Shown here piece after piece: positions 14,225 to 25,555 of a stretch of 64,000 nucleotides of DNA. This DNA is from a virus. The stretch lies in the IMG/VR virus record IMGVR_UViG_3300047557_002769, positions 99,235-163,234 of that record. The stretch is one strand, 5' to 3'. The notes beneath the pieces were generated by a model. It was not told the DNA's origin. It worked only from the letters and a program-made list of their open reading frames with translations, and ran no database searches. A program made the position numbers and the translations under genes. Each line of letters opens with the position of its first letter. Position 1 is the first letter of the stretch.

Positions 14225-14611
14225 TCATTGGTCTTTATATCCAAACATAACGTTTTCCATATCCTGGAGAATATTTCCAGCTTCTTCCATATTATAGTCA
14301 TAGATAGCTTGTTCCAATCTACGGATATATGGACGGAATTCACCGAATACTGCCTCGATCATTTGTTTTTTAGCTCTATCGACGGCTTCTTTTAGAGCAT
14401 CGTTATTTTTTAGTACTTCAAGTTCTGATACAGTAAAGGTATTACGAAGAGTAAGCTGAATACGATATTGCTTCAGAACATTGTAATCTTTGGTAGTTTC
14501 CCAGGAAGCTTTCGTATCCACCATTTGTTCGAACAGAGGTGATAGTTTAGTGCGGATTAGTTTACGCTCACCTGTATCCGTCCATTCAATAGCTTTAGAA
14601 ATTTGACTCAT
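14225..14611 (-). CDS. hypothetical protein
   Basis: 128-aa ORF. Confidence 0.7.
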   Translation of the reverse strand: MSQISKAIEWTDTGERKLIRTKLSPLFEQMVDTKASWETTKDYNVLKQYRIQLTLRNTFTVSELEVLKNNDALKEAVDRAKKQMIEAVFGEFRPYIRRLEQAIYDYNMEEAGNILQDMENVMFGYKDQ

Positions 14612-14784
14612 TTTTTCTTTTGTTGTTGAATATAATAATCATCTAGTGTCTTTTTCCATTGTTCCGGTGTTGGATCACGGAATAGAGGTTGAGGACCAGA
14701 TGGTTTTCTTGATTTAAGACTATGATATGCTGTTCTAAAACTCATGATTTTTAAGGTTTGCGATTTGCAAATTGCAAATATTGT

Positions 14785-15012
14785 TTATTCTACTCCAAAA
14801 TGTTCTTTGATATCATTAACCAATTCAAACGCCCATACCGGTTCAGCATACTGAGCCGCTTCATTTTCAATCTTATTAAGACATTCCCCGATAATCAACT
14901 CGGCTAACTTTTCAACCTGTTTGCCTACTAGCATAGGGGTCATTGCCTTATTGTCATCATCATATGAGATACCGCCGACTTGTTTAATAAGTTCTCTAAT
15001 TTGTTCGTTCAT
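14785..15012 (-). CDS. MNExIxEL...HFGVE family small protein, paralog 1
   Basis: shared termini with 15009-15254 and 18837-19058. Confidence 0.7.
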   Translation of the reverse strand: MNEQIRELIKQVGGISYDDDNKAMTPMLVGKQVEKLAELIIGECLNKIENEAAQYAEPVWAFELVNDIKEHFGVE

Positions 15013-15254
15013 TCTTCAACTCCGAAATGTTTTTTAATCTCGTTCCTATAATCCAACCAGCCTTGATAGTGTTGATCGTTTTTGTAGTCCAAAGTAAGTT
15101 CAGCACATTCCCTGACAATCAACTCGGCGAACTTTTGGTCATAAGCATGAAGGAAAGTATAATCTATTTCTCCACCATCGTCAACAAAACTACCAAATTT
15201 TTCTCTAGTGTCATTCCAGGCCTGTTCGGCAAGTTCTTTAATTCGTTCGTTCAT
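15009..15254 (-). CDS. MNExIxEL...HFGVE family small protein, paralog 2
   Basis: shared termini. Confidence 0.7.
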   Translation of the reverse strand: MNERIKELAEQAWNDTREKFGSFVDDGGEIDYTFLHAYDQKFAELIVRECAELTLDYKNDQHYQGWLDYRNEIKKHFGVEE

Positions 15255-15343
15255 TTTCAGTCTCTACCTTTAATACAATTTCAAAAGGAATATCCAGAAT
15301 CAATGCTACTTCTCTGGTTGTATATCCGCTCTGGAGCAATTCT

Positions 15344-15631
15344 TTAATCCGCCAAATCATTATAACCTTCATCCAACGTAGATTCAAGCAACCTTATCAT
15401 TTGTTTAACCGCCAAAGGACCTAGGTACAGAGTAACGACAGTACTATCACTTTCTACACGCAATACTGTCTTATTTTCAATAGTCCTTCCAACTGTGTAA
15501 AAGCACTTATTGGTATTTAAAATATTAGGAGTAGTGACTGGATTAACAGGAGTAGTAGGAGGTTCGTAATTATACATGGCTGCTTTAAGCTTTCGATTAA
15601 ATGGGTAGATGTATTTACTGAATACTGACAT
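15344..15631 (-). CDS. hypothetical protein
   Basis: ORF. Confidence 0.6.
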   Translation of the reverse strand: MSVFSKYIYPFNRKLKAAMYNYEPPTTPVNPVTTPNILNTNKCFYTVGRTIENKTVLRVESDSTVVTLYLGPLAVKQMIRLLESTLDEGYNDLAD

Positions 15632-15821
15632 TATTCATCATTACAATTACAATCACCAGTACCTAGTACAAATTCACCGCAATAAGGACATCCTGTAGGG
15701 CGATTTGGTTCTAATTTATTCAGAAGATCATAGTATTCTTTAGTTCCTACCGGGCCACCACATGCCATAGCAATAGCACCTACAGAATAACCCTTGGCTA
15801 GCAACTCTTTAATCTGATTGT

Positions 15822-16283
15822 TCATACCAAAATAATTTGACTGAAGCCTTCTTCTTTCGTAGGCATTTCGAATTGATTGATCATGCTTTCGATTACATGC
15901 CATGGAATCGTTTTACCCGGGCGAGATGCCAGACGACGCTTGAGCTCTTCTTCCGAAGGAGTCTTAAAGATTATAGCGATATGATCATAATCCGGCAACA
16001 TATTAAACTTCTTTTTACGACTCTTAACAGTAGTACTCGTCTGATCCCAGATAATATCACGATTAAATTCTCGTGCCAGAGCAACCTCTTTTGCCATCAA
16101 TTCTACGGCCATCGGCATAAACGATTCAAATACCTCCGAATACGTTCTCCCGACTTCCTTGGCGTAAATATCTACCCATTTGTCAGTAGAAATATAGGCA
16201 AAAGATAGACCGTCAATAAACTTATTTACCCCGGTTGTCTTTCCTGATCCCGGTACTCCAACCAATTGATAACACTTAGGCAT
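15822..16283 (-). CDS. AAA_33 / polynucleotide-kinase-like P-loop kinase
   Basis: GVPGSGKTT, ISTD, IIWDQT motifs. Confidence 0.82.
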   Translation of the reverse strand: MPKCYQLVGVPGSGKTTGVNKFIDGLSFAYISTDKWVDIYAKEVGRTYSEVFESFMPMAVELMAKEVALAREFNRDIIWDQTSTTVKSRKKKFNMLPDYDHIAIIFKTPSEEELKRRLASRPGKTIPWHVIESMINQFEMPTKEEGFSQIILV

Positions 16284-17098
16284 TATTCAATCCTAACAAT
16301 ATTAGTAAAGCCTCTATTCTTTGTGCCATGATTCTTATAACGATCTTCAGCAGTACCGTATCGAATAAAAGCATCTAGAGGATCTTCATTATACTGAATT
16401 TCTTCCGAATGGCCAGTCGTACCACCTTTCCAACTACCCTTCTCATAACCAATTTCCTTATTGAAACATAGTTCAAGTCGACAAGTAATAAGAGGTTTTT
16501 TGAAATACCTCAGCCATTTGAATAGCCCGGTACCATACTCATGCCTCATTTCACTGATATGGCATGTGGCAATAATCTCTTCCCCGTCGTAATCATTGAA
16601 CTTAAACTTAACCTTAGGCACAAGGTCTCTAGCTTTTTGTAATTGATCGAAGTCTAGTCTTCCGCTCTTAAACGGCTTTACCACACCAAATTCTTTCCAA
16701 TCCGGGGTATAAAACTTCTCATGAATATACTGTCTTTCTCTCCATGGAATACCGAATAGCTTGGTATGATCAGAATTCTTCTTATCCTTAGAAGACCAAC
16801 TACCCGGCTGAATACCATAATGAATATGAATATTCTCTTCATAGATAGTAAATCCATATTCCCGACGAATGTGCTCCCAATAACCAGGACCCTTAGCCCA
16901 TTCGTATTTACTCGTATCTACCCACTTCTTTTTTGGTTTGAAGATTTCAGGAATAATAAACCACCAAGAATGTTTACCAAATGCAATATTCAATAGACAA
17001 TACTTAGTCTGCTCTGGATAATACTCATACGGATTACTGATATTAAAGGCATACCGGTGATAGTTGGCATCCTTATTATATTCTTTAAGTCGGATCAT
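16283..17098 (-). CDS. hypothetical protein
   Basis: 271-aa ORF, GSWKGGT motif. Confidence 0.7.
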   Translation of the reverse strand: MIRLKEYNKDANYHRYAFNISNPYEYYPEQTKYCLLNIAFGKHSWWFIIPEIFKPKKKWVDTSKYEWAKGPGYWEHIRREYGFTIYEENIHIHYGIQPGSWSSKDKKNSDHTKLFGIPWRERQYIHEKFYTPDWKEFGVVKPFKSGRLDFDQLQKARDLVPKVKFKFNDYDGEEIIATCHISEMRHEYGTGLFKWLRYFKKPLITCRLELCFNKEIGYEKGSWKGGTTGHSEEIQYNEDPLDAFIRYGTAEDRYKNHGTKNRGFTNIVRIE

Positions 17099-17408
17099 TT
17101 AGTTTCTTCTTTAGTTGACGAATTTCAGCTTTAAGCCCGCGATTCTCGTAATCTGCCTGGTAAGCACGCTCCTGCATTTCTTTCATTTGTTTTGCAAAGT
17201 CTCGATCACTAGGCGTTAGATCTTCTTCTGGGGTAATAATGAATTTACCCTGATCCCAGTCAAAGCCTAGTTGAACGTGTTTAACTTTAACTACCGGGCT
17301 TCCTCCCACGGTAGTATAAGGTAATTTGATCTGAATTACAACCTCAGCATCTTTATCACTATAGGTCACCATTCGCCCGATATGCTCGTATAATTCACCG
17401 ACTTTCAT
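17085..17408 (-). CDS. hypothetical protein
   Basis: ORF, GFDWDQG motif. Confidence 0.65.
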   Translation of the reverse strand: MKVGELYEHIGRMVTYSDKDAEVVIQIKLPYTTVGGSPVVKVKHVQLGFDWDQGKFIITPEEDLTPSDRDFAKQMKEMQERAYQADYENRGLKAEIRQLKKKLNDPT

Positions 17409-18108
17409 TATTTCACCTCAAATACGTCAAAGTCAGCATAGGAGATATGCGCAAGTTTCTCCAGTTTACCTACGATTGCTCGAGCTTTCTCAATGCTATC
17501 GTAAACACCCTCGATCTTACGCTGCTCAACCCCTCTTTCACCTACACCATAATAGAATTCATCATAAAATACAACAAAGACATCGTTCATAATAATCCTT
17601 AGTTATAGGTGACGCTGACTATACGAAAGTTTTTATAGAAACGTTTGAGTTTCTTATTAGCGTAAGATTCAACAGCTTCATGAGCTGATTTAGAATTACA
17701 GTAAAAGTCCTCCTCGATCTGTCGAAAAAATCCTTCCTCGTTCTGATACCAGAACTTAACGGTATAGGTTTCCGTCATTCCATAAGGAGCTTCTGATACT
17801 TTCATATTAACCTCGAGTAAAGAAATGCCACCAACGACGAGGAATAGTTTCTTTTTCTACATAGAACCTTGCACCCGGTCCACAATCATTGTCTTTTTCC
17901 GGAACCGGTCTAACAGTAAAGGAACTAGATTGTCGACTGGTAGATGCAAATACGACATTAGCTTTACCAGTTACCGGGCTGATTCCATTAGATGGGGAAA
18001 TACAGAAATTAGAACCCGAGAAGTACTTACAGTTGACACAGAGTTTCATAAGACCTCCTTTGAACAAACCTTATTATAATAGAAATAAAAAAAAGAGCAA
18101 CTGTTACG

Positions 18109-18399
18109 TTACTCTTTTACTCTTATCTTAAGAAGGTATGTTGCTTTGTTCAATACCCAGAAATCTCTATGCGGTAAGTGATTACCGGTAGCCCCGGTCC
18201 AATCTTTAAAGTTTTCATCATAGAAATTGAGTTTACAGCAGTCTGGATTATCTCTCTGTAGTTTTTCTAATTCATCGGCCCAGGCCTGCCATTGATGATC
18301 TGATACTAGATTATCGTTCAATTCATAATAAATGCAAGAATGAACGAGCATTAACCGTCGCAGCTTAATAATTCGCTGCTTAATTTCCTCTTGGTTCAA
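18109..18399 (-). CDS. stand-alone NAD-dependent DNA ligase N-terminal (Ia)-like domain
   Basis: HSCIYYE.....SD.QW.....EL..L pattern. Confidence 0.6.
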   Translation of the reverse strand: MNQEEIKQRIIKLRRLMLVHSCIYYELNDNLVSDHQWQAWADELEKLQRDNPDCCKLNFYDENFKDWTGATGNHLPHRDFWVLNKATYLLKIRVKE

Positions 18400-18676
18400 C
18401 TTTCTTCACCTGCCAACTATGACTGATTCCCTTGATCCCGTCATCATATTGTAACTCTAAATTACCCCAAAACGATTCTGATTGATCGTATTGAAGCATT
18501 TGACGAATAACGGTAGCTTCTTGTCTCATAGGATGAACATAAACTCGATCACCGGGAAGGAATTTAGGCCCTCGTCCATCTGAATCTATATTACAAATAC
18601 AACATTCATACTCTGGAGAATCAGCATCGATCTCCATAAAATCCCACTCTTTACAGAAATGTCTATAGTTAGGCAT
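18380..18676 (-). CDS. hypothetical protein
   Basis: ORF. Confidence 0.6.
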   Translation of the reverse strand: MPNYRHFCKEWDFMEIDADSPEYECCICNIDSDGRGPKFLPGDRVYVHPMRQEATVIRQMLQYDQSESFWGNLELQYDDGIKGISHSWQVKKVEPRGN

Positions 18677-18836
18677 TAGAAGTGCTTACCGAAGAAACAA
18701 TACACCGCAAACCATTTCCAACGAGGATTGTACTTGCGTTCAGTTTCGTGAATATGGTTATAGCTCCACCGCATACCATCAGGACCCCATTGCCAATGGT
18801 ACAAACCAAATCGAATATTAAACCATAGGTTACTCA

Positions 18837-19058
18837 TCATTCAACTCCGAAATGTTCAGCTATAGCTTTCATAGCATGTACACCAACCATACCTGAAACT
18901 TCTCTGTCAACAATATCTAAACAATCATGCACAATTAACTCTGCGAGTTTCACCGAATAGTAGTCAACCCATTTGTTGATATCTTTTTCATAATAATCAG
19001 TATCCAGGTTAGTTGTAATGCCAGCCTGCTCAATTAATTCTCTAATTCGCTCATTCAT
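18837..19058 (-). CDS. MNExIxEL...HFGVE family small protein, paralog 3
   Basis: shared termini. Confidence 0.7.
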   Translation of the reverse strand: MNERIRELIEQAGITTNLDTDYYEKDINKWVDYYSVKLAELIVHDCLDIVDREVSGMVGVHAMKAIAEHFGVE

Positions 19059-19668
19059 ACAGTTAAACTGCCTTTTCGCCTGAGACTTTCTTGATGTTCT
19101 TCTGGTGAACGATTAACACATAACCCACCATCATACAGCATCGGTTGACCGCACCAAGCCAACCACTCCAGTGTATTGAGTGTAAACTTGCTATTAGTTA
19201 CACTCCAATACCTTTGAAAAGTTTCGTTCATCTCGGATCCATTCCCCCGTTGCTGACAATATCAGTATAACTGGAATTTGTTTTATTTGCAAGATACTTA
19301 ACAGCTTCTTCCCAACCTTCCTGGAAAGTTTGCCAGTGATCTTCTAGTGCATCGCTGACATATTCGCCATTTGGTTTACGGCGTAGGTTATGCCCGGATG
19401 TTACTACAAAATTAGGATAGCATACAGTCTCAAATGCTTCACGAATCGGATCCATTATCACTCTCCCATGCCCAGTTAACTACTATAAAATCCTCTAAGC
19501 AGTCTTCAAAGCAATACTTAGAATCTACTACGTCCTTACCGTACTTCTTACACATTAGCTCATACCAGTAAGGCCAATACTCATTACGAATATCTTCCTC
19601 TGACTTAGTAACCACAATAGGATCCACCACAGGATCAGTGATATAGCCATTATATGAGAAATAACGCA

Positions 19669-20136
19669 TCATTCAACTCGTTCTTTATATTCCGTCTTAG
19701 GTACATAAGGAAACGTAACCGGTACACGGCTTTCCATACTGGTAAAGTATGACTTATATTTTTCACCTGTTTCAGGGTCCGTATACCAATCATAAAAAAC
19801 AATACCATCAATGTCATAAGCACCATTAACGTCTTTGAATACATGACCGCATCGTTTGTTTTGCCATAGAGGGCCACCACTATATTCGCCAACGTCCATC
19901 CATTCCCAGTCTTCCCCAGTCAATGGAGCAATAGGTTTAAAGCTAGCAATCTTCTCAAACAAAGAAATAGCATACGGGGCAGATGAACCGGAATGCCCTT
20001 CTCCCTCGAATACCTCTAGCAGCTTAAGTACATGATTGCAGATCATCTCCTGCATCTCATCCTTAAACTTGCCATTCTCATCAAGCCAACCAGCAGCTTT
20101 AAATTCGGTCCATGCGTGTTTTTCGTAGTTATTCAT
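19669..20136 (-). CDS. conserved phage hypothetical protein
   Basis: GHSGSSA, PLTGED.EW, QNKRC..VFKD motifs. Confidence 0.75.
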   Translation of the reverse strand: MNNYEKHAWTEFKAAGWLDENGKFKDEMQEMICNHVLKLLEVFEGEGHSGSSAPYAISLFEKIASFKPIAPLTGEDWEWMDVGEYSGGPLWQNKRCGHVFKDVNGAYDIDGIVFYDWYTDPETGEKYKSYFTSMESRVPVTFPYVPKTEYKERVE

Positions 20137-20137
20137 A

Positions 20138-20485
20138 TCAAATCAAGAAGTTAGTTACTTTGTTTTCAGCGTCTTCGATGTTGTATTTTTTACAGAATGC
20201 ATGAAGCATTAAACTTTCATACTCTGCTGTAAAGATAGAATTATGAATGGCCAGGTAGCCAGCTTCTTGAGCCAGCATATAAGCCTCTGGACCAAATCCG
20301 AATACAGAGTAAAGAACATGACGATAGGAGCCTTTGTTCTTAATCTCTCCCTCGAAAATACGTCGAGAGACGCAACAAAAGGCATCCAGTTGCTGTTCCT
20401 TAGTTAGTGAATTCCAGTATTCTTCCTGCTTCTTGACCATTCGATCAACAGCTTCCTGATACTGATTAGACAGTTCTTCATTCAT
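20138..20485 (-). CDS. hypothetical protein
   Basis: GSYRHVLYSVFGF motif. Confidence 0.65.
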   Translation of the reverse strand: MNEELSNQYQEAVDRMVKKQEEYWNSLTKEQQLDAFCCVSRRIFEGEIKNKGSYRHVLYSVFGFGPEAYMLAQEAGYLAIHNSIFTAEYESLMLHAFCKKYNIEDAENKVTNFLI

Positions 20486-21343
20486 TCTTTTACCTTAAAT
20501 GTATTCATAAACAATACGAGAAGACACCACCACCAGCTACCAGTATACCATACAAGGAAGCAAATTGCAATAAGAACCGCAATGTTTTCTAGGACTGCCC
20601 AGCCAATCGCGCTCATACAATTCTTCCCAACCCATACCAGATCATCTCATCCAGCATTTGATCATATGGTTTACCGGTACGGCGCGCCTGAAAAATATTC
20701 TCAAGCAGCTCCCGCATTGCATCTCCATCGACACCTTTAGTGTTCAGGTCGATACCTCGGTTCTCGAGCTCCTCGATCAGGTCATCGGTGTCGAAGTCAG
20801 AGAAGTCGACTTCAACATCAGTAGTGATATATGCACGTACCATATTACTTTGTTCCTACGTCAAATCTCTCTTCAATCTGTTCTGCAGTAAAATGATCAT
20901 CAAGATCATCTCTTACAAACATAGCAACATACTTAACAGTCTGCTCTACTAGAAATTCTAGTTCTTTAGCAGATACTTCTTTATTGCTAAGGGTAATATA
21001 CACCCCTACATCCTCTATCATTCTCTTTGCAAAATCAGACATTATGCAACCTCAAAGAAAACACCTTCACCCCTAGACATAATACGAACGACTTTCTTAT
21101 CGCCGATTTTATATCCTACGGAAATGAAAGGACCGCCATCCGGGTCAAAGAAACCAAGATCTTCATAATTGAAACCAGTTTGATTTTCCTTACCACCAAA
21201 TCGGCAGTACATTGTATCACCTTCGAACTTATAGGTAATTTTGTCAACCGGTACTAAAGAGTAGACCTTACCGTAGCGAGATTTGAGAGTAATCGTTTCC
21301 ATGTTTTCTCCAATTGATGTAGTATTATAACCTAAATCGACCA

Positions 21344-21901
21344 TTAGATCAACTCACCGTTACGGTTAATGTAAAGCCGTCTATGGTTAGTACATCCCAT
21401 TTTCCCGTTCCTATAAACAAAGAAACCTGTAGTAATTGCACCGTTCTTCACAACGTCAATAATTACATCTTTAGAAATGTGACTATGATTCCATGCAGTA
21501 TGACAGAATGTCATATCAACATATGGGAAGATCTCAACGTCCTTAAACGCGGGGACTTTCTTTTTTGTTACATCGCATACCTTACTCTTCCAGGAAACAA
21601 CATCATACTTTTTCTTTGGATTAATTCCATAGAATAAATTAGTAAAGCGAGGATTCCATTCTTCTTTTTCTAACAATTCAACCAAGCAGCTACGGCATAC
21701 ACAAGCCTTATGATTACCGACCATTACTCGTTGGTTGTTAACTGTATGCTCAATATTATACACACGAACATACATCTTTGCATTGCAGCGAATGCATCGA
21801 TCAGGATTAAGCTTATAGACCCATTTACGAACGAAATTCTTTGCATCTTCGAATCGACCGAAAATAGAATCAGGAATATTGAACGACAGATTGATCTTCA
21901 T
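21344..21901 (-). CDS. hypothetical Cys-rich protein
   Basis: CxxC pairs. Confidence 0.6.
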   Translation of the reverse strand: MKINLSFNIPDSIFGRFEDAKNFVRKWVYKLNPDRCIRCNAKMYVRVYNIEHTVNNQRVMVGNHKACVCRSCLVELLEKEEWNPRFTNLFYGINPKKKYDVVSWKSKVCDVTKKKVPAFKDVEIFPYVDMTFCHTAWNHSHISKDVIIDVVKNGAITTGFFVYRNGKMGCTNHRRLYINRNGELI

Positions 21902-22028
21902 AGTAAAGCCTTAATGCCTTTGACAATCCAGTAACACACAACAAGTAATACAAAAAACCAAATAGTTGACACCAGGGCAATAAAAATATACCCTAGTGTC
22001 TTAATTATAAGGGAAATCAGACGATCGA

Positions 22029-22409
22029 TCAACTAAATTCTCTGGTAGTGAAACTATACCCTAGATCATCATCCCAGTCGTATTCTGGATTAAACCAGGG
22101 GTACTTATCCTTTTTCCCAGCCTCGTTATGCTGTTGATTCTTTTTACCATTAGGATTAATAAAGCCAGGTGCCTTGACGGTTTCTACAAGCGTTACAAAA
22201 TCTTCGTAACTAATCGCATCTCCGTACTCATCCTTAATAGTTTTGTCTTTCAAAAACTCTTTCCACATCTTCCAGCTGGTTAGCTTATCGTACTTGTAGC
22301 CTTGAAAAGAAAAAGACCAGCCATGCGAAGACTTACCGATATGATATTCCTCATCATACCGATTGCAACATTTGCATTCGTTGGAAATAACGTAGTAGTT
22401 AGTCCCCAT
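22029..22409 (-). CDS. conserved phage hypothetical protein
   Basis: MGTNYY...HIGKSS.GW.F.F motif. Confidence 0.75.
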   Translation of the reverse strand: MGTNYYVISNECKCCNRYDEEYHIGKSSHGWSFSFQGYKYDKLTSWKMWKEFLKDKTIKDEYGDAISYEDFVTLVETVKAPGFINPNGKKNQQHNEAGKKDKYPWFNPEYDWDDDLGYSFTTREFS

Positions 22410-22646
22410 TCCAATCACCTTTCATCACCGGGTTAATAATATCCCTTTCTTCAGCATCAGCTATTTCAGAGAAATGATCGGCAACATCACGAGTGTTAAT
22501 TACATACCCCGAAGCCCGAAGAAAAGCTAAGTAATGATTCATCATTTCAGGCCAAGTTACATCATGTTCGGTGTAAATCTTGTATGTAATGCCGAATTCT
22601 TGGTTATCGTTTTCAAGAATAATCATATTGTTTAGAGTTAATATTA

Positions 22647-22654
22647 TATAAATA
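22647..22654 (+). promoter_or_regulatory. T4-type late promoter
   Basis: TATAAATA just before ORF 22660. Confidence 0.7.
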
Positions 22655-22659
22655 ATCAC

Positions 22660-23007
22660 ATGCTAATACAACTACTCGAATATTCAATGTCTGCCTCTCA
22701 CAAGGCATCTATCGCTCGTTCTAGACGCGGTACTAGACATTCACCTCAAACCAAGTCAAAGATTGCAAAATCTATGGCTGGTAAGTCTAATCATGAGGGA
22801 AAGAAGCATACTCGTCTTGCTAAATCACGAATCTCCATTAAAAGAGGTGATTATGATCCAATCGGGGATAAGAGATGGATTGTGAATATTAATGGTAAGA
22901 CGTATAGAAGAAAGAAAGCTCCAGAGGGCTACAAACTAGGACAGCGTAACTGGAACGAAGAGTTTATTGGCTTCGCGCAGTTTTTGGAACAAAGCGACCA
23001 GTCTTAA
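22660..23007 (+). CDS. NUMOD3-repeat basic DNA-binding protein (homing-endonuclease derived)
   Basis: HSPQTKSKIAKS, GKKHT...SRIS repeats; no nuclease domain seen. Confidence 0.7.
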   Translation: MLIQLLEYSMSASHKASIARSRRGTRHSPQTKSKIAKSMAGKSNHEGKKHTRLAKSRISIKRGDYDPIGDKRWIVNINGKTYRRKKAPEGYKLGQRNWNEEFIGFAQFLEQSDQS

Positions 23008-23368
23008 CTTTCTTAAATTCTTCGTTTTCTCTATACTTCTTAGCCTCGGTTTTCCGGGGCTTACTTTTGTTCAAAAGACGATAGATGGCTAGCTGATCTT
23101 CATCGAGCCCGCAAGCGTCAGCAAAATCAAATCGATCACGTTTCATTTTTATGAGCAACGTATTCTTCCAGAGTGGATTGCATTTTTTCAAATTTAACCT
23201 GATAGATCGTAAACAGACCAAGTAGGTAATTATCTACATCATCTTCCGATAACCTATCACGAGAATAATAGAGTGCTTTAATATCATCTACGACATTCCA
23301 GCACTCCATCATAGACTGCTCAACATCGTAGATATTCTTAGGAGCAAAAGTAAGTTTATCAAACATAA

Positions 23369-23674
23369 TTAAAGGCAAACAATACGCTGTTCGTAGTAGA
23401 TGTTACCAAAGTTATCTGCACGAGGAAGCACCTGAACGGCACAGACTGGTTGACGAATCACAGGAGGATGACCATATACACCGGGGAAAGGCATATTAAT
23501 AACTGGAGGAATAGGTTGAACAACAGGCGGAACTTGTACTTGACCGTTACGCATAATTTGCTGGAGGATGATAGTACCAGCGATACCAGCCAGAGCACCT
23601 TGCTCACGATCACCCCAAGCAAGAGCTGGAACAGAAGCAGCAGCAATAAGACCGGCGACGATAAGTTTCTTCAT
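23369..23674 (-). CDS. secreted/membrane hypothetical protein
   Basis: signal-peptide-like N-terminus, WGDREQGALAG. Confidence 0.65.
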   Translation of the reverse strand: MKKLIVAGLIAAASVPALAWGDREQGALAGIAGTIILQQIMRNGQVQVPPVVQPIPPVINMPFPGVYGHPPVIRQPVCAVQVLPRADNFGNIYYEQRIVCL

Positions 23675-23698
23675 ACAAATCTCCTTTAGATGTATGTA

Positions 23699-24205
23699 TT
23701 ATATAGTAATCTCGGGTAATTGCAACCAGTTACGTAACGCCCCGATAGTTACGTCTACATCAGAGTGAAGAATAGCTTTTCCTCCCGCTTCTTCGAAATC
23801 ATCAATATTAGCCCATGTATCGTCAATCAGGAAAGAATTAGCGTCTGCAAAACCTTTTTTATACTTTTTCCCAGGAACGACAATAGGTGTCCAGTCAATA
23901 TTGTGACGCTTTAACCAAAATACCTTTTGTTCACGAATCGTTTCGTAAAACTCGTAACCAGCAGATGAAGATAGAATTACCTTTTCAACATCCAGAGAAT
24001 GAAGAAACGAAATAAGTTTCTGTGCTCCTTCATGGTAATCAAGAAAAGCAAAACCGTTAGAGCTTACAAAGGCCTTCCAGTTACGTCGATATTCTTTATC
24101 CTTACCAGCTTTACGAAGATCTAGCCCGTTAACTCCAAACATTTCAAAGTAATGTTTATCGAAGTCACAGAGTACTCCGTCCATATCAACAAAAATTCGT
24201 TTCAT
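23699..24205 (-). CDS. HAD-family 5'(3')-deoxyribonucleotidase-like protein
   Basis: IFVDMDGVLCDF, LIDD motifs. Confidence 0.85.
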   Translation of the reverse strand: MKRIFVDMDGVLCDFDKHYFEMFGVNGLDLRKAGKDKEYRRNWKAFVSSNGFAFLDYHEGAQKLISFLHSLDVEKVILSSSAGYEFYETIREQKVFWLKRHNIDWTPIVVPGKKYKKGFADANSFLIDDTWANIDDFEEAGGKAILHSDVDVTIGALRNWLQLPEITI

Positions 24206-24437
24206 AGGTGAAATTCTCGCAGTTTTTCAAATGTCCTGCCCTTAGCGCTAAAGCCAATAGGACTCTTAAAGATTTTACCTTCCCCGGTAATACCGTTAAT
24301 GTAGGCGTACATATAACGTTTACTGTTATCAGTAAAGTAAATATGCAGCGGGAAAGGCCAGGGAGTAGTTTCTTGAAGGACTAGCATGAATACATTATAT
24401 GATAAAACTAAAAACCCGGCAACTGCCGGTTTTACTG

Positions 24438-24950
24438 TTACGATGCCATTACTCTTGATACTGCCGTCATTACTGCAGCTATCCGACCAATATCCCGTAA
24501 CTGTTCTACCGAATAGCCTTCGTTACGTAATGTCTTGTAGTGAGCATTAACGCAGAAGTGACATTTTCCAACGATAGATGCAGCAAGTGAATATGCTTCG
24601 AATCTTGCTTTAGTAGTTCCACCGTGAGTTGCAATAGCGTTCATTCTTAATTGAGCTGGAAGGCCTTCTAGTTGAGGATCGTCTGCCATTTCAACATAAG
24701 GATACCAAACGTTGTTCATTGCCATTAGCGATGCAGCGGTAATAGATGCGTTTACTTCTGTTTTATTCTCAATAACGCTAGACATCCATGTCCAGAGTTT
24801 GGTATTACCGGTAGCAAATACAGCAGCTAATGCACAGGCTTCAGCTTCTTCTGGAGCCAGAGTACTACGCTTAACAACAGCATCGATGTTCAAACGAGTA
24901 TCTTTTGCGTAATCAGGAATGGTTTCTTTTAATTGATCTACCCAGTTCAT
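24438..24950 (-). CDS. ahpD: alkyl hydroperoxide reductase AhpD
   Basis: PDYAKD.RLN, MAMNNVWY, SIVGKCHFCV. Confidence 0.92.
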   Translation of the reverse strand: MNWVDQLKETIPDYAKDTRLNIDAVVKRSTLAPEEAEACALAAVFATGNTKLWTWMSSVIENKTEVNASITAASLMAMNNVWYPYVEMADDPQLEGLPAQLRMNAIATHGGTTKARFEAYSLAASIVGKCHFCVNAHYKTLRNEGYSVEQLRDIGRIAAVMTAVSRVMAS

Positions 24951-25555
24951 TTATACCCCTTTGCAGTTAGAACGATCTTACAAATATGTTCTAGTCGTTC
25001 AATATGTTCAAATGCACGCCAGGGTGAAGTATCTACTGCAACAACTCCATGACGGTCAATTCCTACGATGTGATTATACAACCCACCATCCTGTGCAACA
25101 CCAATAGCAGGTAGTGTAGCATCTGCTAACGCCTGACTAATAGGAGGTACATTAGGGACATTAGGTCCTACTCGTGTATACCGTCCTAGCTCTGGAAACT
25201 CTTTTACTAATTGATCTAGTTGAATTCCAGCATACATAGCAGCTACTGTGTAGGTAGGATGCATGTGAAGAACAACTCTGACCTCTGTATCGATATTTTT
25301 TTGAAGACCGTAATGAAGAGGCATTTCTCCGCTTGGTCTAAGTGCCGAACTAAGATCAGTATAGTTCATAGCCTTGTAACCGCTTAGACTCCACTTGATA
25401 AACATTTCAGGTTGTAGAGTCTGTTTACGAATACCACTGGGTGTGATATACATATGATCGCGATCACGCCAGCGGATACTGGCATTGCCATCTCTGGCAG
25501 TAATCCAGTTCCGCTTATAAGCTTCCTGAAATAATTCAGAAACCGTCTCTAACAT
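24947..25555 (-). CDS. class II aldolase/adducin-family protein
   Basis: DGNAS, ITPSG, PSGE..LH, VLHMHP, HGV motifs. Confidence 0.85.
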   Translation of the reverse strand: MLETVSELFQEAYKRNWITARDGNASIRWRDRDHMYITPSGIRKQTLQPEMFIKWSLSGYKAMNYTDLSSALRPSGEMPLHYGLQKNIDTEVRVVLHMHPTYTVAAMYAGIQLDQLVKEFPELGRYTRVGPNVPNVPPISQALADATLPAIGVAQDGGLYNHIVGIDRHGVVAVDTSPWRAFEHIERLEHICKIVLTAKGYK

